A stretch of DNA of 64,000 nt, taken from assembly GCF_009914755.1 (NCBI RefSeq), contig NC_060926.1; one strand, given 5' to 3'. Source of the DNA: the human T2T-CHM13v2.0 reference genome, Homo sapiens. A program made the position numbers and the translations under genes. Positions within the stretch are counted from its first letter, which is position 1; each line of letters opens with the position of its first letter. The notes beneath the pieces are model-generated. The model saw nothing but the letters and a program-made list of their open reading frames with translations. It was not told where the DNA came from and made no database searches. Shown in pieces: positions 17,566 through 31,462 of the stretch.

Positions 17566-18420
17566 ATTTCTATTGATGATAGATTATTGAGTAACATCTA
17601 AATTTAGGCAGCTAAAAATACTGCTGCTACTCAATTCATTTCATACAGCTAATATTACCCTGAAAACAAAACCACACAGACAGTATAAAAAAGCTACGGA
17701 TAAATACTTCTTATGACCTAAATTTTCAACAATATGTTAGCAAATTGAATAAAAATGTATAAGAAGAATTATACAGTGTGATCAAGTGAGATTTATTCCA
17801 GGTATGAAAAGCTGGCTTAACATTCAAAAATCAATGCAATTCCTCTTATCAACAGGGTAGGGTAGGAAAAAATAGAAGATTATATCAGTTTACCTAGAAA
17901 AATAATTTAACAGAATCTGATATTTATTTACTGCAAACATGCACCACAAGTTAAGAATAGAGAGAAATTTCCTTAACTTGACAAAAAGCATCTACAAAAA
18001 ACCTAAAATTAACATCTTAGATGATGAAAGACTCATTATTTTCCTCCTAAGGTTTGTAATAAAGCAAGAATGTATTCTCACCATTCTTATTGGATGCAGC
18101 ATTGGAAGTTCTAGCCATTGCTACAAGGAAAAAATAAATAAGGAAGGAAGGAAGGAATGAAGGATGAAAGGAGAAGGCATACAAATTGTAAAGAAAATTA
18201 TCTCCATTTACAAATTTCATAATTACATAGAAAATCTGGAGAGATCTACAAAAAAACTTACATAACAAGTGGATGAGTTCAAAAAATCATAGGATGCAAG
18301 ATCAGCATGCAAAATTTTATTTTTTATACCAACTGTGAACATACAACAATCAAAATTTGAAATACCATGCAAGCTAAAATTTTTCCAAAGAAATTGCAAT
18401 CTATTTGTGTATACTTAATA

Positions 18421-18606
18421 AAGCATGTACAGAATCTGTATGCTGAAAATGACAAAATGCTGATGAAAGAAATCAAATAAAATGTAAATGATAGAAATAT
18501 ATTCTTAATTTCTTAATAAATTAAGCATGTACAGAATCTGTATGCTGAAAATGACAAAATGCTGATGAAAGAAATCAAATAAAATGTAAATGATAGAAAT
18601 ATATTC
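18421..18606. repeat. Perfect 84 bp direct duplication with 18 bp spacer
   Basis: 18421-18504 is identical to 18523-18606 by eye. Confidence 0.95.
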
Positions 18607-18867
18607 CATGTTCATGGATTGAGAAGCTCAAAATAGGGAAGATGTCAATTATTCCCAAGTTTCTGTTTTGTTTTGTTTTTACACATAGACAAGCTTATTC
18701 TCAAATTTACATAGAAAGGCATAAATCTTGAATTAGCTAAAACCATCTTGAAAAAGAAAAATGAAATATGAGGAATCATTCTACCTGTTTTAAGGCTTAC
18801 TGTATAACTACAAAAATAAAATTATTGTGGTATTGATAGAGAGATACATAGATCAATGAAAAAATGA

Positions 18868-20360
<1,493 letters not shown>

Positions 20361-21161
20361 GTTTTGCAGCAAGTGGACATCTATAGACAAAAAAGGAGCC
20401 TCTACTTAAACTTCTTACTGTTTATAAAAATCAACTTAAAATGAATAATGAACTTACATATAAAACATATAAAGCAGTTAGGGGAAAAAAAAACAGGAGA
20501 AAATCTTCAAGATTTACCATGAGACAAATGGTTTTTAGATTTGACACCGAAAGCATGATCCAAAAAAGGAACAAATGAGAAATGTACTACATCAAACTAA
20601 AAAAAAAGTAGTAGAAGTATTTGCAAACTACGTATTCAATGAAGGACTAGTGTCTAGTATATACATAGAGCTCTCTAACCTCAAAGGAAAAAGAAAACTT
20701 CAAATGAACAGAAGACATAAAGAAATATTTCACCCAGGACTATATACAGATAACAAATAAATAAATGAAAAAATCTTTAACATCATTAGCTATTAGTTAA
20801 ATGCAAATTAAAACCACAATAAAATATCATGATACCCCTATCACAAAGCCTAAAATAAAAATAGAGACAACACCAAATGCTAACAAGAATGTTGAGAAAT
20901 GGAATCATTCATAGATTGATAATCAAAATGTTAAGAGGTACAGCCACCATATAACTAGCAATTGTACTCTTTGGCATTTATCCCAGAGAAATCAAAACTC
21001 ATGTTCACACAAAAACCTGTACACAATAGCTTTACTTAAATAATTGTGGTATAAACTTATCATGGAATACTATTCAACAATGGAAAGAGATGGACAAGCA
21101 ACAACTTAGATGAGTCTTCAGAGAATTATTCTGAGTGAAATAAGCCAACCCAAAAGGTTAC

Positions 21162-21633
21162 TGTATTAGTCCGTTTTCACACTGCTATAAAGATACTACC
21201 TGAGACTGGGTAATTTATTTAAAAGAAGGAGGTCCAATTGATTCTCAGTTCTGTATAGCTGAGAGACCCCTGGAAACTTATAATCAGGCAGAAGGCAAAG
21301 GGGAAGCAAGCATGTTCTTCACAAGGAGAGAGAGAGAGAGAGAAGAAGGAGAAGAGAGGAGAAGGGAGAAGGAGGAGAAGGAAGAGAAAGAGAAGAAGGA
21401 GAAGAGAGGAGGAGAGGAGAGAGAGAGAGAGGAGAGAAAGAAAGAGAGAGAGAGAGAAAGAGAAAGACAACCTAGGGGAAACTGCCACTTTTAAACCACC
21501 AGATCTCATGAGAACTCTAGCATGAGAACAGCATGGCATGATCCAGTCACCTCCCACCAGGTCCCTTCCTCAATATGTGGAGATTACAATTTGGGATGAT
21601 ATTTGGGTGAGGACACAGAACCAAACCATATTA
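21162..21633 (-). mobile_element. MSTA-like MaLR solo LTR with internal GA-rich expansion
   Basis: tgtattagtccgttttcacactgctataaag...aaccaaaccatatta; 5 bp TSD gttac on both sides. Confidence 0.9.
21325..21468. repeat. Polypurine GA/GGA tract
   Basis: About 140 bp of essentially pure A/G. Confidence 0.95.
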
Positions 21634-24069
21634 GTTACAGACTGTATAATTCCATTAATATAACATTTAAAAAATGCCAATGTTTTAGAAATGGAGAACA
21701 CATTAGAGCTTGCTAGGGGTTAGCTGTGGGGGACAGAGAAAGTGAATGTGGTGATAGAAGCCTTTTATTATATGGAATTGATTGAATCTATTTTTGCCTA
21801 TTTATTAAAACATCATAAAGATAGAATGTTTTGAGCTATATGCCTTGTAAATTCCATCTTAAGTGGAAATAACAATTATGAGAATCAAACGTATCAGTTA
21901 TCTATTGCTAAGTAACCACCTTAAATCTTGGTTGCTTAAAACAGACATCGTTTATTACTTTCCGTAAGCAAAAGTCAGTCGGGTGGTTCTGATCTGGACC
22001 AAAGTCAGCAGATTTTGGCTGGGTTCATTTACATCTGCAGTCATATTTAAACAGAGGTAGACTGAAGATAAAAGTATGTCAAGAAAAGAACACAAAACAG
22101 CCAACAGTAATTTTAGTCAGATTTTCTTTTATGGAAAAGTCTTGTTTATTGCTATTTCTTTTCTTGTTGACAAGCTTCAGATAGAGACTCTTCAGCTTTA
22201 TTTTGTCAGAGATTGCTTATTAGCCAATGCGTATCTTGTACTTTATATGATTACTGATAAATGTCTTGTTGAGTTGTATTTGAAGTCCTGGAAAAATAAA
22301 CCTCTTGCTCAGTCACCTGGATCCACAATAACTTCAGTCACCAAGTTCACTCCTTGAGTAAGCAAAGTCTCCACAACATCTGCATATTTGTGGCCACACA
22401 AGATTGATTATTTTAATTTAGTCTGACAACTTAGCAAGTGTAAACAAGTTAATGAAACAAATTATTGTGCCTATGGGTCAGTTAAACAATGTTTGGACTC
22501 GTTTTTCCATTTTCTCAAGTAGCTGTTTAGTAAACGTGACCCAGGAGTTGAATAAATGAGGTAAATGATATCTTAACAGAATTGGTTGAATATTTTGTTG
22601 TCACCAGAGCCAGTCAAAACCCCAAAATAATTAACTGGAAATTAGTAAGACCCTCTGACAGGGCCAGTATCAGTTTACTTTTTTTTTTCTCAATATTCTT
22701 CAGAATACTGAACTTGGCAACGGGGTGGAAGATCAAGGAGAGGTGAGTTTGTTTCTGTGAAAAAGAAGAAAACACAGTGTACATCTGTTCCACTAGGTTT
22801 TCTTCCTCTACCATGTAGACAGTTTGAAAATGTTCAATGGCCATAGCATTCAGCTTCCCTGTTAAAACAAGTACCATAAAGTATTCATGAATAACAAAAT
22901 AATCGTATTCTTTTTTTTTTAATGTAAGAGAACAAGATGCTAACCAGGAACCACATCGATCCTGAAAGCGCTTTTTGGACAAATCACAAGCCTGTGATTA
23001 ACTACAAAGAGCTTATAGAAAGCCAGAACTTTCAAAATAAAAATAAAAATGTTGACAAAGATTATCAAAGAATACTGTGCAATATATATATTTTTGTCAT
23101 TAAAAAAGGAGTGCTCACGCTAGCTGATCCTTGAATTTCATTAGAAGCCAGGATGGCTGCCTGTGGAATGCAGTCCTTTTTCTGGGGCTTACAAACTGGA
23201 GGACCTCGCTCAGGCCTTGTTAACCAGCACATGCTGTATATTAAATAAGATTCACATTTTTAAAAATCTTGATTTCTACTTCTTCTGAAAAATCTGAATA
23301 TCTGCTTCTGTGCAGTCAACAGGCCTGCATTTGTGTATCGTAGAATCATCTGGAGCTGAGCGGTGGCACTGTCATTTTGTCATACTCCCCATCAGTCCCT
23401 TTGAACACTGGGGACAACTTTACTCATTTACATGAGCTTCCAAGTCACTGTAGACTTTTGAGTCCGAGCCCTTTGTGTCACTCTGAGACTGGACCTTATT
23501 TCTTTTGACCAAGGCAGATACCACTGAGGGTAATAGTGTTTGTGGAACTCAAGGGAGTGACTCCAACTTTGGAGCCGCTGAACTCCAATAATGGCATGCA
23601 GAGGCTGTGAGCCTGTTCAATACCTAAGCCAGGTTCATGTCCTGGATCGAACTTGAGGTATCTCCGACAACTCTGAATCTCCTGGGATCCACTCTAGACT
23701 TGCGAGACTTGCAATTAGATTTAAGAGCACGTTGCCTTTAGAATCATGGAGCTCAAAGAATCAGAATGTAAGTGGAAACTGAGGTTGAGAGAGCTTGAGG
23801 ACTTTCCTGACCTTCTTGACATTACCGAGTTCTGAATGGGGAATTCATTTAATTAGGTGAGAAGTTTTGTACCTCATTAATCAGTTCTTACTATTATTTT
23901 AATTTTTGAGGTCTTAATAACAGCAAGTAAAAACATACTTTGTTTTATCTGCCACGAGTTAGCCCACAGTAACCCAGTACTGTGCTACCCAATGTGTTAA
24001 CTATGTTGTTTTGTGGTTTTTTAATGTAATGTTTTGTATTCATTCACTGTCCTATGATTGTATGTATGT

Positions 24070-24212
24070 CAGGGCCAAGGTCTAGCAGCAGTGGCTTCAT
24101 CTAGGAGTTTGCTAGAAATACAGCCTCTCTCATCCCACACCAGAACTCTTCAACAGGAATCTCGAACAATATCCCTGGGTGATTCATATAGTGTTCATTA
24201 GACTTTGAAAGA
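24070..24212. mobile_element. MER5-type MITE
   Basis: cagcagtggcttcatctaggagtttgctagaaatacag...ccctgggtgattcatat. Confidence 0.6.
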
Positions 24213-24642
24213 CATTGACATATATACAATCATATAATACTTAAATGAATATATAGCATAATATAAAAGGACTACAAAATAACATAGTTAACAATTCAAA
24301 TGTCTTCAGGTATAGAGGTTTTTGCAGCTACTTCCATGCTTCAGCACAGAATGGTATGGTATTTTTCTGTTTATTTCATTGGGCTGCTTCTAAGATTTTT
24401 TTTTTTTTTGAAGAACGGGTTTCAAAGGTTAAAAAATACAAAACAAGTTAAAAACAACCTGTTATTTTACTAGCACAAACTGAGGAGAGAAACTAGAGGA
24501 ATAAGGTTGAATTAGCTAGACAAAGCTCTGTGGAGTGGGTTGGTAAATTTGAATGGCCTTTGTTGATATTGAGAGGCACAAGCTGGCCATGAGGTCTAAT
24601 TGGAATTATAACTTGAATCCTAAAGAGCTTGCATTGTTGTCG

Positions 24643-25106
24643 TTGTCAAAAGACAAAATTACAACAAACTTAGTTATAGTTCTTTCTTACTCACAGTTCA
24701 TGAATCAGGACAGCTGCCGTTCTACAAAATAGAATGAGAGCTCCCACTGGGCACTGGCAGAGCGGTGGGTTTTGTAAGGTGGGGACAAAGAAATGAAGCA
24801 ACAGTAAAAAGCTGACTGGTTAATGTTAAGTTAATTTTTAAATGAAGGTTAAATCAGAGAGGATCCACTTATTACACTGACTCAGGGAGCCTGAAATCTC
24901 CTATTTTCAGGAAAAACTGTTTTTTTTTTTTTTGCGGGGAGGGGATCTATCTGCTTCCTTAATGTTTCAGTTTGATTATGTGTCATTCAGCATGAGTCAC
25001 TCCATTTTGGTTTGCACTAGTGTTGTGCACTAGTGTTGCACTAGTGTTGTGGCCTAATGTAGGAACTCAGTCCAAAGCAATAGCCTCTCATGATCTTTGA
25101 TTAACA
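24643..25106 (-). mobile_element. ERV1 (MER4-group) solo LTR
   Basis: tgtcaaaagacaaaattacaacaa...ttcagtttgattatgtg...catgagtcactccattttggtttg...ctcagtccaaagcaatagcctc...ttaaca; TG...CA ends. Confidence 0.7.
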
Positions 25107-25739
25107 GGTCTTTATTGTGTCTCTTCTGGCGTGTCTGGGCTCCTCTCTTCTTCAGCTATCTCCTCCCCTATCTCCTCCTCCTTTTCTTTTCCCTTGCCTT
25201 ATTCTTCTGTGTTGTCCTGCCTTGCATTACTAAACTCTCAATCCTACGTGCCTGACCAAAGAGCTGATCATGTTAACCCACAATTATCTGAACTTCCACC
25301 AAGGGAAAGCATATATACCCTAGGATTAGAGATGGGAAACGTGCCTGAGATGAAAATATTTAAGTAAGGAAGAAGGGTTGGGGCTAGGGTTCTCCTACTT
25401 TGTTCCGCACTACCCACACACATGTAGTTAAAGTTAAAAAGGTTGCTTGTACTCTCTGATACAATTTGGGAGAACATTGAACTTACTGGAAGATTCGTTA
25501 GTGCCACATTCAGTCACCAGGTTAGGCATAGAAGGAACAGGGCCTTAATATTAATACATTGATTATTTCCTATGTTAAGAAATTCTGGAAATTCAACGCT
25601 GTAGTACTGCCATCCTGTGTAGATCAGACTGACTAGGCCGGGATTTCCAAAAGTATACTTTTATGAGTGCGTGTGATGTTGATACAGCATGGTATTGTAC
25701 ACTGCATTTCAATTTCTTTTCATATCATTTGGGGACATC

Positions 25740-27680
25740 CATATGGGTCTTGTTGAAAAAAAAATTACATTTCCTTGTGGCCAAATTACAAGAAAAATAA
25801 AATACAAAGTTTTAGGTAAGATATTAAATAGATATTAAATATTGAGTTTATATAAAACATCCAAATAATTTTTTAATAATATTTTAATAAGCTTCATTTT
25901 ATGAGAATACTGTTTTGTATAAGGTTTTCTTGCTTGAACAGCTACAAGTAATTTTTGAAGAAGGCAATTTAATGGTGATCCCTTTTAATTCTTTATTATC
26001 ACAAATAGCATTGGATATAAGGAGTGTGTATATTACTGTTTTCTTCATTTGACTGCTTCTTTCTTGCTAGCAACCAGAATTTAGTTTCTATAAATTATAG
26101 GTCAAAGGACTTGTAGTTCTGTAACTCTCATGATTTTGATTTGTTTTTTTTCTTTTCAGTGAAACTATAATGTTGAAAATATTTGTGATAATGCATGCAT
26201 ATGGATTTATCAGTTTTTTATATTGTTTTCCAAAAATAATGATGATGCTTTTCTTCAATTATAGTCAGATATTGTTCTTCTAGTGTTAAAAATTTTCTTT
26301 CAGAATTCAAATAAAATGCTGGTTTAACATAACCAATCAACCATTTCAATCTCCCTTTTTAAAGTTGAGTTTTTCTGAATCCATAAATTTGGTCATTAAA
26401 TATTAACATAATTTTACATGTTGCAATTTACATTTTGCATAATTCACATTCTTGCAAATTTCAGCTAAGTTCATTCCAGTGCTAAAAAAATGAGAAGTCG
26501 ATTTTTGAAAGCAAAGTTGAAAAGTACTTTGGATCTAGTGATAGTGTTGTGCTTTCATAACTAGCCTCTTGAACTCCAGCTAATACTGTTGTAAATACCT
26601 TATAGAAAATTTTTGTTCCATATCTTGCCCTTGCACACATTTAAAGTTCAAATATTTCCTGTACGGATAGTTGCTTTTGACAAGGTACCAGTGTAGTATG
26701 TGACAATTTGTTTAATACCTTTGCATGCAAATAAATAATAAGTTTGGAAGAAAAAGGAAGTATCAGGGCCCACAAATAGACATTTGAGAGAATCCTCATG
26801 TTGCTCTTTAGTCCTGTCAGCTTCTGTGGTGGATTCTTCATTTGTGTTATAAATCTGGTGACTTCAATTTTAATACACTCTTCCTAATTGTGGTGGGAAA
26901 ATAAATGTCAAGTAAAAATTAAATCTGTTTAAGCATAAAGTTCTCAACAGAAATGACAATCTTTACAAATTTAGCAAATTAATTTTCTGATTATTAGACT
27001 ATTAAGTTTCAGTTAATTGAACAATTAAAAATGTTTAACCTTTATAAAATGTGATTTTAAATTTTAAAGGCCTACAGTGTCTTTAATAAATCAATTTAAA
27101 TGAATTAGGCTCAATTATTTTTATGAGAAATAAAAATTTGCTGAAACAAACAATAATCAGTATAAAATTCCCTCAAACCCACTCTGGCTAATTTTAAATA
27201 TCAGAAGCTGATAAAAACATAAGTAAATCCAGAGGTTTTAGTCTAGAAAATTAACAACACCCATTATCTTCTAAATATCAATATCTAAAAAGAAAAATGA
27301 GAAACAGCAACAGCAATCGGAAGTGATTTCTAGATGAGTAATCACAAAGATAAGCACGTTAAAGGGAAAGAACAGGAAATAACTTACATGCACTAACAAA
27401 CAGAAAACGTTTATTGAAAAGTAAATCACAGAGCAGTGGAGGTGATTGAACAGGTAGATGCTGTGTTTTATTCCAATAAAGTCTTCATCTGCTGAAGTAA
27501 TAATTGTCAAATTCAGAAAGTTACATACAAATAGTGTTCGAATGTAATTTCAACTATTTAAATTTTGGAATAATTGCAAAAATGGCTTTAAATTTTATCA
27601 CCTCACACATTTGACAGCTATCAATATGTCAGGGCCCACCTGTGCCTCATTTGTTGCCCCTGGCTGAGTTACTCTGGCCT
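25740..27680 (-). mobile_element. Possible very old hAT DNA-transposon remnant
   Basis: Long AT-rich block. The minus strand near 26570-26640 gives frameshifted NVCKGQ...AGVQ, weakly reminiscent of the hAT CxGQxYDGA...GVQ motif. Tentative. Confidence 0.3.
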
Positions 27681-27699
27681 AGTGGGGAAGCAACGGGAC

Positions 27700-27900
27700 A
27701 GGGGTGTGGGACTTCCTGGGTTTGAAGCTAGGCTCCATGGCTTATTTGTTAGGTGATCTCAAGTAAGTTACTTTGTGCCTCAGTTTCTTTATCTGTAACG
27801 TGATGATAATAGCCTACTACACTTTTGGCTGGCATGAGGATTAAGTGAGGACACATATTTCATCCCTGAACAATGTCTAATGTAGAGTATGTTCTCAACT
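27700..27900 (+). mobile_element. MIR
   Basis: cctgggtttgaag...aagttactttgtgcctcagtttctttatctgtaa...gaggattaagtgag. Confidence 0.75.
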
Positions 27901-29807
27901 AGGGTGGCTCATTTTGATCCCTACTACCACTAGTAATAGTAATCCATGAAAATAGGGCCTGTGGTCAAATGATAAATGTTGAATTAGGGCAAAAGTAAGC
28001 AGCTGTTCTAATTACAGAATTATAGTACTTAATATCCTTCTAATATGCATTGTGAATCTCTGAGCGGTGGCAGAGCCATAGTGTATAGTGTTTTCTAAAT
28101 TTACATAGCCGTACGATAATTATTTTGGCCCAAGGATCTCATGTGGACACTGCTGTGCAGAAGACATTTTGGAAAACACCAGCCTCGTGGCATCCCCAGA
28201 CTAAATGAGCCTCTGCAACTTCCTTTTAATAAGAAGGTCCTTTCCAAAGTCCAGTCCCAGCCCTGGCCCAGATCCTCCTATTTGGAAGCATAGGCTTATG
28301 CTCTGTGTCAAGGCTGATTTATCAGATGGTAAAGCTTGATAGAACTATAATAAACACTCTTCTTGATCATGCTAAGTAATTTTAAATCATCTAACACTTT
28401 AAATCAGCCTCAGATTTTTCTTGCTTCTTTGAAGACCTCTGCCAGAGAGAACATTTGGAGCACTGGCTCCCTCAGACACCCTTTGGGTTGCATGTGAATA
28501 TTTCCATCGTATTTGAATCTGTTTTCAAAATAAAGCCTGATTAGAAACTACTTTAAATGTCTGACCAGAGTCCAAACACCCTCAGAAGTCTTTGTGAAAT
28601 GTCATCCATGCCCGGATCCCTTATGTATTTATAATATTCCTGCTGTATCTTTTTCCCCTGCACTGTTATGTTTTAGATATTCATCCCCTTCTTCTCTCCA
28701 GGAAGGAGTGTGCAACTAATATTAAACACAGAGACAGCCTTCCTGAGCAGCTGCCAACAGATGCACAGCCCTTGGGCCAAGTTCAGCTGTCAAACAGCCC
28801 TGGCCCATGAAACAAAGGGCAGAAGCTTCCCAACCACATGCGGATGAGCAGAAACAGCTGCATTTGCTGTAGCCAGGGGCCCAGCATCCAATTCCTGTGA
28901 TTCTTAATAAAAAAATACCAAGCACATGGAAAGGGAAAATTAAATACTATTCTGACAAATACCATAATTGCTAACATCATCTCCCAGGAAGGCAGCATGG
29001 CAGATAACCCCTATTCATGAGCCTTTGTCCCATTGCGACAATCAGTGCTCAACACACTGCATTTTAGCTTTTTACTCAGTCAATGGCCTGGCAAGAGAAT
29101 TGTCTTTTTTTCCCTGGAGCTTGAAAATGGAGTATATGAATTTGGGAGCATATGAAGTTGGTAGGACTAGCTCCTGGAGGTAAAAGTACCTCAGATTATA
29201 CATAACAAGTGATTATATTTCAATCAGCAACATCTACCGTAAAATACATAAGCCTAGGGGCACTTAAGAAAGCATATAAACCTGGGTTTGAATATGGTGG
29301 TAGCACTCAGCTGTGTCCTTCAGCAAGTTTGTTAACCCATCAGAGAGTTAGTTCTCTCAACTGTGAACTGGGCTGATGTGAAGATTGAAAGAAATAATAC
29401 CTGTAAAACCCTTAACAAATGTCTGAATACAGTGAAAGCTCAATAGGTGTTATTTTTATTATATATCTATTTGCTGGTCCAATAATTTTTATAAGACCAG
29501 TATGACTTCTCCACCAGAGACTGACCAGGAAAGAATGCCTTCTGAATGACCTCTCTTGCAGCAATAGCACGGTAGGACCTATGTTTTCCTCGAAGGGTTA
29601 ATTTCTCATTCTCTGGCTATGTCTAGCACTAACAGTTCCATTAGAGAATCTCTTGCCCTCATGATCTTGTTCTGCATCTGGTAAGCTCCCCACATTTGTT
29701 TCCCCTCTTCACATGTCTTTTGCAAAATGAGCTTTCTATTGGTGGTTGGCTCTGCCCCACACTTTCTTGCCTTTATAACTCTGTGTAGGCATTTTCCATT
29801 CTACTTC

Positions 29808-29894
29808 CTACTTCCATCAGCTATAGAAGGCCCAACACCCATTTCAGCTCTACTCCACTCTAGCACAGTAATTGTAGCAGGGGTTTTCCTAATT
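29808..29894 (+). pseudogene. MT-ND5: NUMT: fragment of mitochondrial NADH dehydrogenase subunit 5
   Basis: In the vertebrate mitochondrial code it reads [27 protein letters not shown], matching the conserved ND5 motif [25 protein letters not shown]. Confidence 0.93.
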
Positions 29895-31398
29895 TCCTTG
29901 AGGGAAGAAGGAGAGAGAAAGCAGAGGCAGGTAAAGGGCCCTTGAGAGGGCTCCCTCACGAGCTCCACACCTGTAATCAATGCCAGAAGACTCAATGCAC
30001 ATTCAGAGGCCACCGGTGTAGACTGGAGGCAGCCGAGAAAGACTTTGTGGAGGAGGCAAGATTTGAAGAATTGATAGAACTTGGCTTATGGAGAAGCAAA
30101 GGGGGAGAAGAGGGAGAAGGTGAGGAGAAACAATTCCTGAGTATTAGAAAAAGGTCTGAATTTGGAGCTTTAAGATCTAGGTTTGTGATCTTGGGCAAGG
30201 TACCTAAAAACTCTGAATTTTAGTTAATCCATGATGTATATATGGGGGCGGGGGGTAATGTGAACTCAGAAAACTTGTGTGAGAAGGTGCTTAAAAATTA
30301 GTTGAATTGAATTTTATAGAAGAGACACTAGTAGACGTATTTAGTTGTAAGATTTTTATTGTGATATTAATGCTGCCACGCTAATAGGGTTTAAAGATGT
30401 AGTTGAATCCTGTTATAAAACAAGCATCATGTCAGATCCATAATTAGCATTAAAGTATTCATTGAGTGCCCATTATGCCCTGGCAAGCTCATACCTCAAA
30501 ATTGTGTTCTTTTACTTACATATGATTTATACTAGGGTGTTTTATGACTTTCAAAGAAATTTGCCTTATCAAGGAAACCAATTATACCTGATGGACTCCT
30601 GCATACTCATGTTTTTCAATTTAAAATTATCTTTGATTCTACTGATGATCAGAAAATTTGTGAAAATTTTAGAAAGTCCAAACTTTTAAAGTTTGGAAAA
30701 TACAATGAAGAAATAAAAAATCAGAATGAACTGTTTCCTACTCAAATTTTCATTCATAACATAATCTTTGGAATATTATTAATGGATTTATATTATTCCA
30801 AAGTGTGGGTATCTTGTAATTTATGAATATCTCATCTGTTCCAAGCTTTTGCTATTGTAATTAAACTTGCAATGGATATCCTTTGTATAAAAATCAGTCT
30901 ATAATTACTTCCTTTCTTTGCATCTCCATGAAGGGAGGAGAATGTTTCTTCCTCATTTATAGGCTCAACAGCCCAACTTGACCCTCCAGTTTGTCACACA
31001 CATCTTTTCTGCAGGATAAGAAATATCAGTTTCCTTGCACACTAGCAGAAGTGGTTCATTTCCACTGGAAACTTACCAGAGGCATTCTCCACCAGATACT
31101 GCATTTCCTTAGGAAAAGTTTTACCTATTTTGCTGAGAAGATTTTACTCACTGAAGCATAAAAATACATGCTCTCAAGATGAATACATGTCAGGTAAGTT
31201 CTAGAAGGATTAATTTTCAGTTATTTAATTCTGGAATTTAATTAGATCACCTTGGAAGGCAAATTTAAAGAACATTCTTAGACAAGGTATTCATAATTCG
31301 AAAAGGATTTTCCTAAGAACTGATAAGCATGGTGGTGTCTTTCCCTTTAGTGCTTTTTCCTGGGGGCATTTAGAATTCATGGAAAACAGTTGTCAAAC

Positions 31399-31462
31399 CT
31401 CAAAAAATGGACTAATGAATGAATATAAGCTCAAAAAATGGACTAATGAATGAATATAAGCT
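31399..31462. repeat. Perfect 31 bp tandem duplication
   Basis: ctcaaaaaatggactaatgaatgaatataag twice, followed by ct. Confidence 0.95.

Larger units (their letters stand above)
16215..17630 (-). mobile_element. Old L1M 3' region, antisense, interrupted by an Alu, an inverted Alu fragment and a microsatellite
   Basis: agaacatgaaaagcaccccagaa, ttagtttgcc, ttttgtgactggcttctt...gtgagatccat; resumes at about 17565 (ttctattgatg). Confidence 0.6.

Noticed and set aside
16788-17601. Cluster of 60-160 aa Y/I/H/T/M/C-rich ORFs
   Set aside because: Translations of the purine-pyrimidine repeat and Alu fragment, which lack stops by composition.
21219-21557. Charged and Leu/Ser-rich ORFs
   Set aside because: Translations of the GA tract within the MST LTR.
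29727-29945. 72 aa ORF containing the ND5 motif as a real gene
   Set aside because: Only about 28 codons are mitochondrial; the flanks are unrelated and nothing supports expression.
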